Below, one piece after another: positions 24,101-31,650 of a stretch of 51,845 nt of DNA. A program made the translations under genes and the position numbers. The number at the start of each line of letters is the position of its first letter. Positions within the stretch are counted from its first letter, which is position 1. Source of the stretch: Thioalkalispiraceae bacterium (GTDB lineage Bacteria > Pseudomonadota > Gammaproteobacteria > UBA6429 > Thiohalophilaceae); the NCBI GenBank assembly GCA_050116415.1, contig JASFOS010000001.1:1-51845 (forward strand), in the 5' to 3' direction. The notes under the pieces are model-generated. The model was not told the DNA's origin. It worked only from the letters and a program-made list of their open reading frames with translations, and did no database searches.

Positions 24101-24558
24101 CTTGCTGCGCCAGAGTAATTGGGCACTTCGTCATAGGCAAAAATACTGTAGTAATAGGTCGTGCCGTTGCTAAGGCCTGCATCAGTGGTGGTAGTCCCGC
24201 CACCATTGTAGACTGCGCTGCCGTCAGTGGCACTGGCAGGATTGCCCGAAGTTGAACGGCGGATGATGACACCGGCGAAGTCACTGTCGGCCGGGTTATT
24301 CCAGCTTAAGTTGACCGATTGATCGATTGCGACCGCGCTAAAGCCGCTGACAGCGGCTGGCGGCGTGGTATCAACTGGTTGCTTGTTGTCTGAATCATCA
24401 TCAGAGCCCCCTCCACAAGCGGTTAATAGAATTAACAGGCATGGTATGAGCCACCACGCACATGGCGATTTTCTGCTGCGAGGCAACGGGCTAATTTTCC
24501 CTGCGAACATTGATTCCATCCATGAATCCTTCTTTCTGATAATTTGGGGTGCTGACAA
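21130..24558 (-). CDS. large multidomain lipoprotein: 3x FN3-like repeat, PKD-like domain, PQQ-type soluble glucose/sorbosone dehydrogenase beta-propeller, C-terminal double-CxxCH domain
   Basis: Lipobox LLTA|CGGG. Three ~100-aa repeats (TTPPAAVS.F...W.NP.DSDFAGVIIRRSTSGNP...). VDAGSDQTI...YSWTQVSGP is PKD-like. GLLGMAFHPDY...HNGGQIMFGPDGYLYIGLGDGG...YGLRNPWRWSFD is sGDH-like. CDSCH and CANCH lie in the last ~200 aa. The likely true start is ATG 24519 (AAGGA 7 nt upstream). The longest ORF starts at 24558. Confidence 0.8.
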   Translation of the reverse strand: MSAPQIIRKKDSWMESMFAGKISPLPRSRKSPCAWWLIPCLLILLTACGGGSDDDSDNKQPVDTTPPAAVSGFSAVAIDQSVNLSWNNPADSDFAGVIIRRSTSGNPASATDGSAVYNGGGTTTTDAGLSNGTTYYYSIFAYDEVPNYSGAASLDATPVAPTAGDTTPPAAVSNFTATAQDQSINLNWDNPADSDFAGVIIRRSTSGNPTSVTDGIAVYNGASTTTTDSGLTNGTTYFYSIFAYDAVPNYSGVVSANATPADTTPPAVVSNFTATAQDQSINLSWNNPGDSDFAGVIIRRSTSGNPASISDGTEVYNGAGSSITDSGLTNGTTYYYSIFTYDEVPNYSGAVSINARPTSLNVDAGSDQTIVLADAANLNAIATENGQPPQGTVTYSWTQVSGPGIANFTDASAAQTSVSFTEIGSYELGVEATSNSEAATDNLLITVNLKAAGSPGLSMRPANATECIAPPSPPVASSILLENPYPNLPALNTPLAMYMAPGDSSYWYVVQQTGQVIRFANNPAVNSTTTFIDISDRVEYYGEMGLLGMAFHPDYANNGYVYLSYNNTDSGRDSRISRFTRVGDVLDPSSEVIILTLTQPSTNHNGGQIMFGPDGYLYIGLGDGGGSYDTYANGQNTDTLLGALLRIDVGDGSSGSYTIPPDNPFAASGGAPEIFAYGLRNPWRWSFDRQTGDIWAGDVGQGSYEEIDIITKGANYGWPIMEGPNCVTAGCNQTGLTLPVGGYERSLGQSITGGYVYRGSNLGFLYGQYIYGDFSIGRIWALQKTGASQYTSTELLDTSLNIASFAEDHDGELYVINLYGGISKIVADSSSQTGIIPTQLSDWGCFQSTDTTLFSDNVIPYNINALLWSDFANKERFMAIPDGTTINIDGEGRFDLPVGSVVGKHFWLDGQLIETRLLLHHEAPHGWKGYSYEWNDTHTDATLLTTSKDKDFDVNSQTQTWHYPSRAQCDSCHTTIAGFTLGPEIGQLNRSLFYPTTSIEANQLITLEDINVLSRALSDAEKSTTFYAIDDIAYSSERRARSYLHSNCANCHQPGGPGGGNMDLRMATSLANTGICNHAPLSDTLGLSDPMIVAPGDPDNSILVLRMEDLGQNRMPPLATSIVDTQAISVIRDWISNLATCQ
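23482..24369 (-). repeat. three tandem in-frame coding repeats (306 + 291 + 291 nt) encoding FN3-like modules
   Basis: Repeat units run 24369-24064, 24063-23773 and 23772-23482. Long stretches are near-identical at the DNA level, for example GGCGAAGTCACTGTCGGCCGGGTTAT around 24278, 23968 and (with 2 changes) 23677. Confidence 0.85.
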
Positions 24559-24897
24559 TAATAAAATTTTAGTGTTTCACGATGAATACCTGATTTCAGG
24601 TATTTTAGTACCTCGATAATTTACACTGACTGGTTAAAAAATAACCACCCAGCAGGCTCTGCGATACTGAGAACGACTTGTCTTGAACGGTACCCAGGGC
24701 GCCAGAATACACATTTTGAAATCACTGGAAGTAAACCCATCATCCGTGTATGATGCGCGGCTGTTGGGAAACAGGCTGTTTGTCAGGAATACTTGATACT
24801 ATAGACAGTAAATACCCAATTAGGCAAGCCACCATTTTTCAATGCAAAATGGTAATTAATAAAATACAGGAATATTTCATTCCTTACATTAAGAAAG

Positions 24898-24984
24898 GCC
24901 CGGGTGGCGAAATTGGTAGACGCAAGGGACTTAAAATCCCTCGGTGGCAACACCGTGCCGGTTCGATTCCGGCCCCGGGCACCA
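24898..24984 (+). tRNA. leuZ: tRNA-Leu (anticodon UAA)
   Basis: GCCCGGG/CCCGGGC acceptor stem, anticodon loop CTTAAAA, long variable arm, GCCGG-TTCGATT-CCGGC T-arm, encoded CCA. 87 nt. Confidence 0.93.
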
Positions 24985-25021
24985 TTCTTATCAGACAATC
25001 CTGATACATTAATATTCTGCC

Positions 25022-25042
25022 AAGCATTTTGGAATGCTTTTT
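25022..25042 (+). terminator. rho-independent terminator after tRNA-Leu
   Basis: AAGCATT-TTGG-AATGCTT hairpin followed by TTT. Confidence 0.6.
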
Positions 25043-25126
25043 AGTCTTTGTGCGAATATATTTCATCATACACATCGTGTAATCTCTATTACAATCAGTA
25101 TTGACAGGGTATTTGAGGTTTTTCGC

Positions 25127-25636
25127 ATGCATTTAGTGAAGACTGGTTTTACAGTTTCAACGATTTTTTTTGTGACGTTGTTTCTGGTTTCACAAGCCAC
25201 CTATGCAAAGCACGTGGTGGGCTGGGTAGAAAAAGTTTCAATCCATCCGGGAAACCTGGATGTTAAAGCCAAAATTGATAGTGGTGCCAGAACATCCTCG
25301 TTACATTGTGACTGTATCCAAATAAAAGAAAAAGAAGGAGAGAAATGGGTCAGTTTTACCGTGACTAATTTCAAGGGTGAACAGGTACGCCTGGAGCGCA
25401 AGATACAGCGAATGAGTAAAATCAAGCGGCATTTTGGAGAGTTACAAGAACGGATTGTGATTAAACTTGGTGTGTGTCTTGGGAATGTGTATAAAGACAT
25501 TGAAGTCAACGTGGTTGATCGAACAGGTCTGAATTATCCAATGTTAATAGGTCGCAATTTTTTATCAGGTGATTTTCTGATAGACACGGGCGCTACTTAT
25601 ACAAAAAATCCACGCTGCAAGGTGGATGAAAAATAG
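25127..25636 (+). CDS. retropepsin-like aspartic endopeptidase (DUF785 / formerly 'putative ATP-dependent zinc protease'), secreted
   Basis: Start moved to ATG 25127 (MHLVKTGFTVSTIFFVTLFLVSQATYA signal peptide). VGWVEKV...KAKIDSGARTSSLH contains a DSGA aspartic-protease motif, and MLIGRNFL is also present. Confidence 0.7.
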   Translation: MHLVKTGFTVSTIFFVTLFLVSQATYAKHVVGWVEKVSIHPGNLDVKAKIDSGARTSSLHCDCIQIKEKEGEKWVSFTVTNFKGEQVRLERKIQRMSKIKRHFGELQERIVIKLGVCLGNVYKDIEVNVVDRTGLNYPMLIGRNFLSGDFLIDTGATYTKNPRCKVDEK

Positions 25637-25645
25637 TTAATTCTT

Positions 25646-25867
25646 ATGAGTAATAAGTCAATTACAGGTAAAATTCACTTCTTGATAGCAGTTATCGGAG
25701 TTTTTTGTATTGTTTTGTTTACTTTGCAAAATTCTGAAGTCGTGAGTGTTAATTTCTTATGGTGGAAATTGGAAATGTCTCGCGTGTTATTAATACTTAT
25801 TACGTTCCTTGTGGGCTTTTTAACAGGGTATATAACGCGTAGTAGTCGTAAAAGTAAACGTCCCTGA
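25646..25867 (+). CDS. LapA/DUF1049-domain small inner-membrane protein
   Basis: 73 aa with two TM helices. The pattern ...QN...V.V.F..W......LLIL..FL.G.L.G.. plus a basic tail is typical of the LapA domain. Confidence 0.65.
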   Translation: MSNKSITGKIHFLIAVIGVFCIVLFTLQNSEVVSVNFLWWKLEMSRVLLILITFLVGFLTGYITRSSRKSKRP

Positions 25868-25928
25868 AAGCATTCAACATCCTGTTAAATAATAGTCGCT
25901 GTTTTCTTATTCAGCGAACCTGGCATTT

Positions 25929-26594
25929 ATGAAATTATTTTCAGCTTACATTCCACCACCAGATGTCGGGCTCGATATTGCCTATCAAGACGATTTCTTG
26001 CTTGCAATTAATAAACCAGCAGGTTTATTAACTACGCCAGGCCGGGGAACGGATAAACAGGACTGTTTGTTTGCGCGTGTCCAACAAGAATTTCCACAAG
26101 CAGAAGTAGTGCACCGATTGGATATGGCCACATCCGGTTTGCTACTTTTTGCCTTGAATAAATCACTGCAAGGCAAACTAGGCAAGTTGTTCCAGCAGCG
26201 CCAGATAACGAAGCGATATATGGCTGTGGTGGAAGGTCAGCTAATCAAGAAACGGGGCAAAATCGATTATCCATTAATAACCGACTGGCCAAATCGACCC
26301 TTACAAAAAATTGATTATGAAACAGGCAAGAGCGCGTTAACATATTATGAGCTAGTGGCGTATGATGAAAAAAAACATGTTAGTCGGGTTGCGCTTAAAC
26401 CTGTAACTGGCCGTACTCATCAGCTAAGGTTGCATATGAAGGAAATTGGCCATCCCATTGTGGGTGATAATCTATATTCATCAGATACAGGATCAACGCC
26501 TGCCACACGGTTATTGTTACATGCTTGCTCACTGGAGTTCGAGCACCCGGTGACGTCGCTTCCCATGATCATTGATAGTAAACCTGAATTTTAG
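25929..26594 (+). CDS. rluA: RluA-family pseudouridine synthase
   Basis: 221 aa. The catalytic HRLDMATSGLLLFA motif and HQLRLH. The size matches RluA. Paralog assignment is not certain. Confidence 0.85.
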   Translation: MKLFSAYIPPPDVGLDIAYQDDFLLAINKPAGLLTTPGRGTDKQDCLFARVQQEFPQAEVVHRLDMATSGLLLFALNKSLQGKLGKLFQQRQITKRYMAVVEGQLIKKRGKIDYPLITDWPNRPLQKIDYETGKSALTYYELVAYDEKKHVSRVALKPVTGRTHQLRLHMKEIGHPIVGDNLYSSDTGSTPATRLLLHACSLEFEHPVTSLPMIIDSKPEF

Positions 26595-26725
26595 CCTGAT
26601 CAGCTCAACGCATTATTGCCATAAATAGTAGGGTAATTTATTGATATTAAAGAATTTACCCATCAGGCCGTTAAATTTATTATACATGATGTAATTATAC
26701 ATATAAATATTATAAGTCATTGATA

Positions 26726-27904
26726 ATGAAGATAAAAATTACCGCTCAACCGTGGGTGATTGTGGCGATCCTGTTGCTGGGATTGTTCGTCGTTGAGATA
26801 ACCAGTGCCAATACCATCATCAGATGGGGAGTCGAACTGTTATTGCTTGGCAGCCTGTTGCTGTTATTCAGGAAGAGGTTTGCTAGCAAGGAAAACATCA
26901 AAACACCCGTTACTTTAGAGATATCAGAGCTTGATACCTATCGTGAGGTAACGGCAGAGCTTGATGAGTTACGTAAAAATGAAGTGTCAGGTGTTTCAGA
27001 TGAGGTGTTACGCGTTAAAAAATTGATTGCTGAAGCAATCGTTGAGATGAATAGCAGTTTTACAGCCCTGAATAGTCTTTCCAGCCAACAAAGTCAGCTC
27101 GTTTCCGAAATCATCAGCAAGTCATCAAAGGAGGATGGCACGGTAAACGTCGAACATTTTGCAATGCATACTAGCAAGTTGATGGAAAACTTCATAAGTA
27201 TCATGATCTCAATAAGCGAACAAAGCGTTAAGACGGTTTATAATATTGACGATATGGTTGAACATATTGATGGGATTTTCAAACTCATTGAAGATGCCAA
27301 ATCAATTGCAGATCAAACAAATTTGCTTGCTTTAAATGCCGCTATCGAGGCAGCTCGAGCAGGTGAGTCTGGAAGAGGTTTTGCAGTCGTTGCTGATGAA
27401 GTAAGAAGTTTGTCTATACGTTCAACAAACTTTAATGACCAGATCAGGGAAAGAATCAATGAAACACGAAATGCAATAAATACGGTAAGAGAAACTGTTG
27501 GTGAGATGGCATCTCGCGATATGAATGAAACCATAAGTGCCAAGGAAGAAGTTAACAAGCTTCTCGTTGAACTTGGTGAAATGGATAATTTCTTCCATAA
27601 AAAAGTTGAGGAAGTCAGTAGTGTTGGTGATTTGCTTAATAATTCCGTTGCCCAGGCAGTAAGGGCTTTGCAGTTTGAGGATATAGCCAATCAATCACTT
27701 CTTAGTGCGGAGCAACATATTGAGCGTTTCCAGATTATCCAGGGCGAACTGGATGATTTGCATGTCAATCCAGGCAAGCTGAATCATGATGAATTAATTG
27801 CTTTAAAAAACAGCATTAAGAACAAGTATCAGGAAAAGATAACCAGGAAAGACAAGCCAGTCTCGCAACAGTCAATGGATGAAGGTGATGTTGAATTGTT
27901 CTGA
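26726..27904 (+). CDS. methyl-accepting chemotaxis protein signalling-domain protein with a two-TM anchor and no periplasmic sensor domain
   Basis: The highly conserved MCP hairpin tip [37 protein letters not shown]. The N-terminus has only two closely spaced hydrophobic helices, and I recognised no HAMP domain. ATG 26726 is preferred over TTG 26720. Confidence 0.85.
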   Translation: MKIKITAQPWVIVAILLLGLFVVEITSANTIIRWGVELLLLGSLLLLFRKRFASKENIKTPVTLEISELDTYREVTAELDELRKNEVSGVSDEVLRVKKLIAEAIVEMNSSFTALNSLSSQQSQLVSEIISKSSKEDGTVNVEHFAMHTSKLMENFISIMISISEQSVKTVYNIDDMVEHIDGIFKLIEDAKSIADQTNLLALNAAIEAARAGESGRGFAVVADEVRSLSIRSTNFNDQIRERINETRNAINTVRETVGEMASRDMNETISAKEEVNKLLVELGEMDNFFHKKVEEVSSVGDLLNNSVAQAVRALQFEDIANQSLLSAEQHIERFQIIQGELDDLHVNPGKLNHDELIALKNSIKNKYQEKITRKDKPVSQQSMDEGDVELF

Positions 27905-27928
27905 ACATGTTTTTCGCATGGTGATAAA

Positions 27929-28231
27929 ATGACAGTAGAGTCTCGCTTATCAAATGATGGTGGTGTTCTGACAATAAAAGTGTCAGACACTTTTAACTTT
28001 GCTTTACAGCAAGATTTCAGGAATTCATATAAGGACGTTATCGATGCTTCACAGATAAAGCTGGATTTAAGCATGACATCCTACATGGATAGTTCCTCGC
28101 TGGGTATGTTGTTACTTCTTAAAGAACATGCTGATAAATATAAGATCAGAATCGAAATCACCAATCCATCAGAGCCAATAAGGCGCATACTGGAAACGGC
28201 AAACTTTGATAAAATTTTTCCGATAAGCTAA
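27929..28231 (+). CDS. STAS-domain anti-sigma-factor antagonist (SpoIIAA/HsbA/SypA-like)
   Basis: 100 aa. LDLSMTSYMDSSSLGMLLLL contains the DSSxLG phosphorylatable-Ser motif. Followed by ...ITNPSEPIRRILETANFDKIF. Confidence 0.85.
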   Translation: MTVESRLSNDGGVLTIKVSDTFNFALQQDFRNSYKDVIDASQIKLDLSMTSYMDSSSLGMLLLLKEHADKYKIRIEITNPSEPIRRILETANFDKIFPIS

Positions 28232-28267
28232 ACACGGACTTTTTTTGATATATATTGGTTCGTTGAT

Positions 28268-29995
28268 ATGAGTACACAAGGCAGGGGTTTAGCGTTAATT
28301 GTTGATGACAATAAAACTAACAGGGTAATACTCGAGGCTTTATTAATTAAAAACGGGTTTGGTGTAATACTAGCTGAAAACGGCAAGCAGGCAGTAGAGC
28401 TTTTCAGAAAAAACAAAATAGATATTATTTTTATGGATGTCATGATGCCAGAGATGGATGGCTATCAGGCAACACAAGTAATAAAGTCTATTTGCAAAGA
28501 AAAAAACATATTCATCCCGGTTATATTTCTTACCGCTCTAAATGATGAATCATCATTATCCAAATGTATAGAAGTTGGTGGCGACGATTTTATATCGAAG
28601 CCCTATAATATAACTATCCTTAAATCGAAAATTATCGCCATGGAGCGTGTGCGTGACTTGTGGCGCCAACTGAATGCCATGTATGCACGACTTCAGAGCG
28701 ATGAAGAAGTTGCTGAAAAAGTCTTTAGTAGCGCGGTTCTGGCTGATAACATCCAGAACAGGGAAATCAGGAGTATTGTAAAATCCGCTGATATTTTCAG
28801 TGGTGACATGTTTGTTACTGCCTACAGTCCTTCAAGAGATCTCAATATATTATTAGGTGATTTTACCGGTCATGGATTGGCTTCGGCACTAGGAGCGCTG
28901 CCTGCATCTGAAGTTTTCCGTGCGATGACCGCAAAAGGTTACTCACTTTCTGATATATTAAAAACAATCAATAAAAAACTGTCTAATTTGTTACCAACGA
29001 ATATGTTTATGGCATGTGAGGCAATAAGTATTGACAGTTCTTTAAAGCATGTCACAGTTTGTAATTGCGGTATGCCACCTGTGTTTATTTTATCTGATAA
29101 GAATATTTCCTCAATCAAGTCAACCTGTTTGCCGCTTGGTATAGATATTAATCAGGAATATATCGAACATTTACAATTTATTGATACTGAGATCAATGAC
29201 AGGATAATTTTGCTAAGTGATGGTGTCGTCGATGCGCGAAATGAAAATAATGAAGAATTTGGTGAAATACGATTGCTAGAAAAGTTCAACCAGACACCTG
29301 GGGATGATGATTTTATTATTGATGATGTTATTGAAAGCCTTGAACATTATACATTTGAGATACAGCAATCCGATGATGTGTCGATGGCGGAGATTCGCCT
29401 TCGTCCAGGACTTTTACCAAGCTGGAACATTGCTTCGATATCGAAAGAAAAGGCAAATGATTTAGAATTAAAACCATATATACAAGAAGATAGCAGTTGT
29501 ACAGAGTTATCAATACAAACTTGTGGCTATAACATAAAAAAAATTGATCCAATACCTCAAATCATAAATAATATTGAACAGATTATAATGACTAACAGGC
29601 ATTCCCAGTCTCTGTTTACAATATTAACTGAACTTTATGTTAACGCGATTGATCACGGTGTGCTTGGACTGGATTCAAGAATGAAGGAATCGGCTGATGG
29701 TTTTTCACAATATTTTAGAAAAAGGGAACAAAAACTAAACCAATTGACCGACGAACACATTAAGATTGGTATCAAGATCAAAGAGTACAAAGATAAGTAT
29801 TTGATTTTTATAAGAATTGAAGATAGTGGTAACGGGTTTGATATCAATGCTATATCTTCGGACGAGATTAGCAAAAAAACCATGGCTTTTGGAAGGGGGA
29901 TTTCCCTGGTTAAAAATCTTTGTGATTCGCTACACTATGAATTACCTGGAAACGTCGTAGATGCTATATATGTGTGTCACCGTGATGCGCAATAA
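28268..29995 (+). CDS. fused response regulator / PP2C (SpoIIE) phosphatase / RsbW-like Ser kinase (HsbR-type architecture)
   Basis: REC domain (ALIVDDN, DIIFMDVMMPEMDG, K in SKP). PP2C domain (SGDMF...LLGDFTGHGLASA...ILLSDGVVDA...SDDVSMAEI). GHKL ATPase boxes (ELYVNAIDHG, EDSGNGFD, GRGISLV). Confidence 0.85.
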   Translation: MSTQGRGLALIVDDNKTNRVILEALLIKNGFGVILAENGKQAVELFRKNKIDIIFMDVMMPEMDGYQATQVIKSICKEKNIFIPVIFLTALNDESSLSKCIEVGGDDFISKPYNITILKSKIIAMERVRDLWRQLNAMYARLQSDEEVAEKVFSSAVLADNIQNREIRSIVKSADIFSGDMFVTAYSPSRDLNILLGDFTGHGLASALGALPASEVFRAMTAKGYSLSDILKTINKKLSNLLPTNMFMACEAISIDSSLKHVTVCNCGMPPVFILSDKNISSIKSTCLPLGIDINQEYIEHLQFIDTEINDRIILLSDGVVDARNENNEEFGEIRLLEKFNQTPGDDDFIIDDVIESLEHYTFEIQQSDDVSMAEIRLRPGLLPSWNIASISKEKANDLELKPYIQEDSSCTELSIQTCGYNIKKIDPIPQIINNIEQIIMTNRHSQSLFTILTELYVNAIDHGVLGLDSRMKESADGFSQYFRKREQKLNQLTDEHIKIGIKIKEYKDKYLIFIRIEDSGNGFDINAISSDEISKKTMAFGRGISLVKNLCDSLHYELPGNVVDAIYVCHRDAQ

Positions 29996-30009
29996 ACTAA
30001 GCTGATCCA

Positions 30010-30969
30010 ATGCTTGATACATACCCATTACTAACGCAAACAAAATCATTTCCACAGATACAGAGGGGCAAGATTGATACATTACAGGTCAACCTGGGTT
30101 ATGTATGTAATCAGCAATGTACACATTGTCATGTGAATGCAGGTCCCAAACGTCAAGAAGTAATGAGAAAAAACGTAATAGATAATGTTATCGATTTCAT
30201 AATAAAAAACCCGATTAAAACTATCGATTTGACTGGCGGCGCGCCAGAGATGAACCCTCATTTCACATACCTGGTTGAGCGTGTAGCACCGCATGTCGAT
30301 AAAATTATAGATAGATGTAACCTGACCATTCTCGACGAAGAAAGCTATGAGGGGTATATCAGTTTATTTGTCGAAAATAACATCGAGATAGTTGCCTCTT
30401 TGCCCTGTTATACGGAGCAAAATGTAGACTTGCAGCGTGGCAAGGGTGTGTTTGAAAAAAGTATTCGGGTTATCAAATTGCTCAACCAGGCAGGGTACGG
30501 TGACCACGAATCAAAGCTTAAGCTTAATTTTGTTTACAATCCAGCAGGACCTTTCTTGCCACCCGAACAAGTACAATTAGAAAATGAATATAAAGAACTT
30601 CTCGGTAAGAATTTTGGTATAAAGTTCAATAGCTTGTATACAATTACCAATATGCCAATCAAGCGATTTGGAAGTTACCTGTTATCAAAAGACAGGTTCG
30701 ATGAATATATGTCTCTATTGAGAACATCTTTTAATCCTGGCAGTGTCAAGTCATTAATGTGTCGAAATATGCTTAGCATTGACTGGCAGGGCTATGTTTA
30801 TGACTGTGATTTCAATCAAATGCTTGGTATGAAAATTACCAACAAAAGTTTGCCTTTACATATTGCTGACCTATGTATAGATAATCTTCCCTCGCAAATA
30901 AATGTTGCTGAACATTGTTATGGCTGTACGGCCGGGCAAGGCAGTAGCTGTGGTGGTGCGCTTGTATAA
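30010..30969 (+). CDS. radical SAM/Cys-rich-domain protein (ArsS / TIGR04167-type)
   Basis: CNQQCTHC (a CxxxCxxC radical-SAM cluster motif) and a C-terminal Cys-rich tail CYGCTAGQGSSCGG characteristic of this family. Confidence 0.8.
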   Translation: MLDTYPLLTQTKSFPQIQRGKIDTLQVNLGYVCNQQCTHCHVNAGPKRQEVMRKNVIDNVIDFIIKNPIKTIDLTGGAPEMNPHFTYLVERVAPHVDKIIDRCNLTILDEESYEGYISLFVENNIEIVASLPCYTEQNVDLQRGKGVFEKSIRVIKLLNQAGYGDHESKLKLNFVYNPAGPFLPPEQVQLENEYKELLGKNFGIKFNSLYTITNMPIKRFGSYLLSKDRFDEYMSLLRTSFNPGSVKSLMCRNMLSIDWQGYVYDCDFNQMLGMKITNKSLPLHIADLCIDNLPSQINVAEHCYGCTAGQGSSCGGALV

Positions 30970-30972
30970 GCT

Positions 30973-31641
30973 ATGCTATCAATCATCATACCAACATTGA
31001 ATGAACAGGACACAATATCTTCTGTGATTGATCATATCCAGTCTGTCATTAGTAAAACAGAATACGAAATAATCGTGGTGGATGCTGGCAGTCATGATGC
31101 TACATGCCGTATTGCTGAGAGCATCGCTGATCAGCTTATACTATCACCAGCTGGACGTGGCCTGCAGATGAATCGAGGCGCGAAAATGTCTAATGGTGAT
31201 ATCCTGTTATTCTTACATGCAGATACAATTCTTCCGGTAAACTTTGATCAGCATATTATTCACTGCCTGAAAGATGGAAAAAAATGGGGCAGGTTCAAGG
31301 TGAAGTTGTCAGGTCAGCGGTTTATATTCCGGTTTATTGAATTCATGATGAATATACGTTCACGTTTAACCTCGGTTTGTACTGGTGATCAAGCCATATT
31401 TGTTACAAGAGACTTGTTTGAAACATCAGGCGGCTTTCAGAATATTTCGCTAATGGAAGATATTGAAATATCAAAACGGCTCCGAGGACACGGTCGGCCA
31501 GCGATAATAAATCAACCTGTAATTACTTCATCACGAAGATGGGAAGAAAACGGTATTCTAAGAACTATTTTGCTGATGTGGTGGCTGCGTTTTCTCTATT
31601 TCATCGGGGTTAGTCCGGATACTTTGTGTCGCAAATATTAA
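30973..31641 (+). CDS. family-2 glycosyltransferase-like protein (rSAM/selenodomain-associated transferase 2 type)
   Basis: LSIIIPTLNE, VVDAGSHDAT and LFLHADT are GT2 hallmarks. Placed between the rSAM and DUF2064 genes as in the conserved three-gene cassette. Confidence 0.75.
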   Translation: MLSIIIPTLNEQDTISSVIDHIQSVISKTEYEIIVVDAGSHDATCRIAESIADQLILSPAGRGLQMNRGAKMSNGDILLFLHADTILPVNFDQHIIHCLKDGKKWGRFKVKLSGQRFIFRFIEFMMNIRSRLTSVCTGDQAIFVTRDLFETSGGFQNISLMEDIEISKRLRGHGRPAIINQPVITSSRRWEENGILRTILLMWWLRFLYFIGVSPDTLCRKY

Positions 31642-31650
31642 AATCCTAAA

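Noticed and set aside
23482-24369. Tandem repeats as a CRISPR array or non-coding VNTR.
   Set aside because: The units are ~300 nt, in frame, and translate to a conserved FN3-like module inside one long ORF. There are no short spacer-repeat units.
24750-25132. Three 71-84-aa ORFs around tRNA-Leu.
   Set aside because: They overlap the tRNA-Leu(UAA) gene and its terminator. They have no RBS and low-complexity content.
27887-27904. MCP C-terminus ...GDVELF as a CheR/CheB-tethering pentapeptide.
   Set aside because: The canonical tether is xWxxF (NWETF). The Trp is missing, and no cheR or cheB gene is nearby.
30010-30969. Possible selenocysteine recoding in the rSAM/Cys-rich protein, since some family members are selenoproteins.
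   Set aside because: The ORF is continuous with no in-frame TGA, and the C-terminal motif uses Cys throughout (CYGCTAGQGSSCGG).
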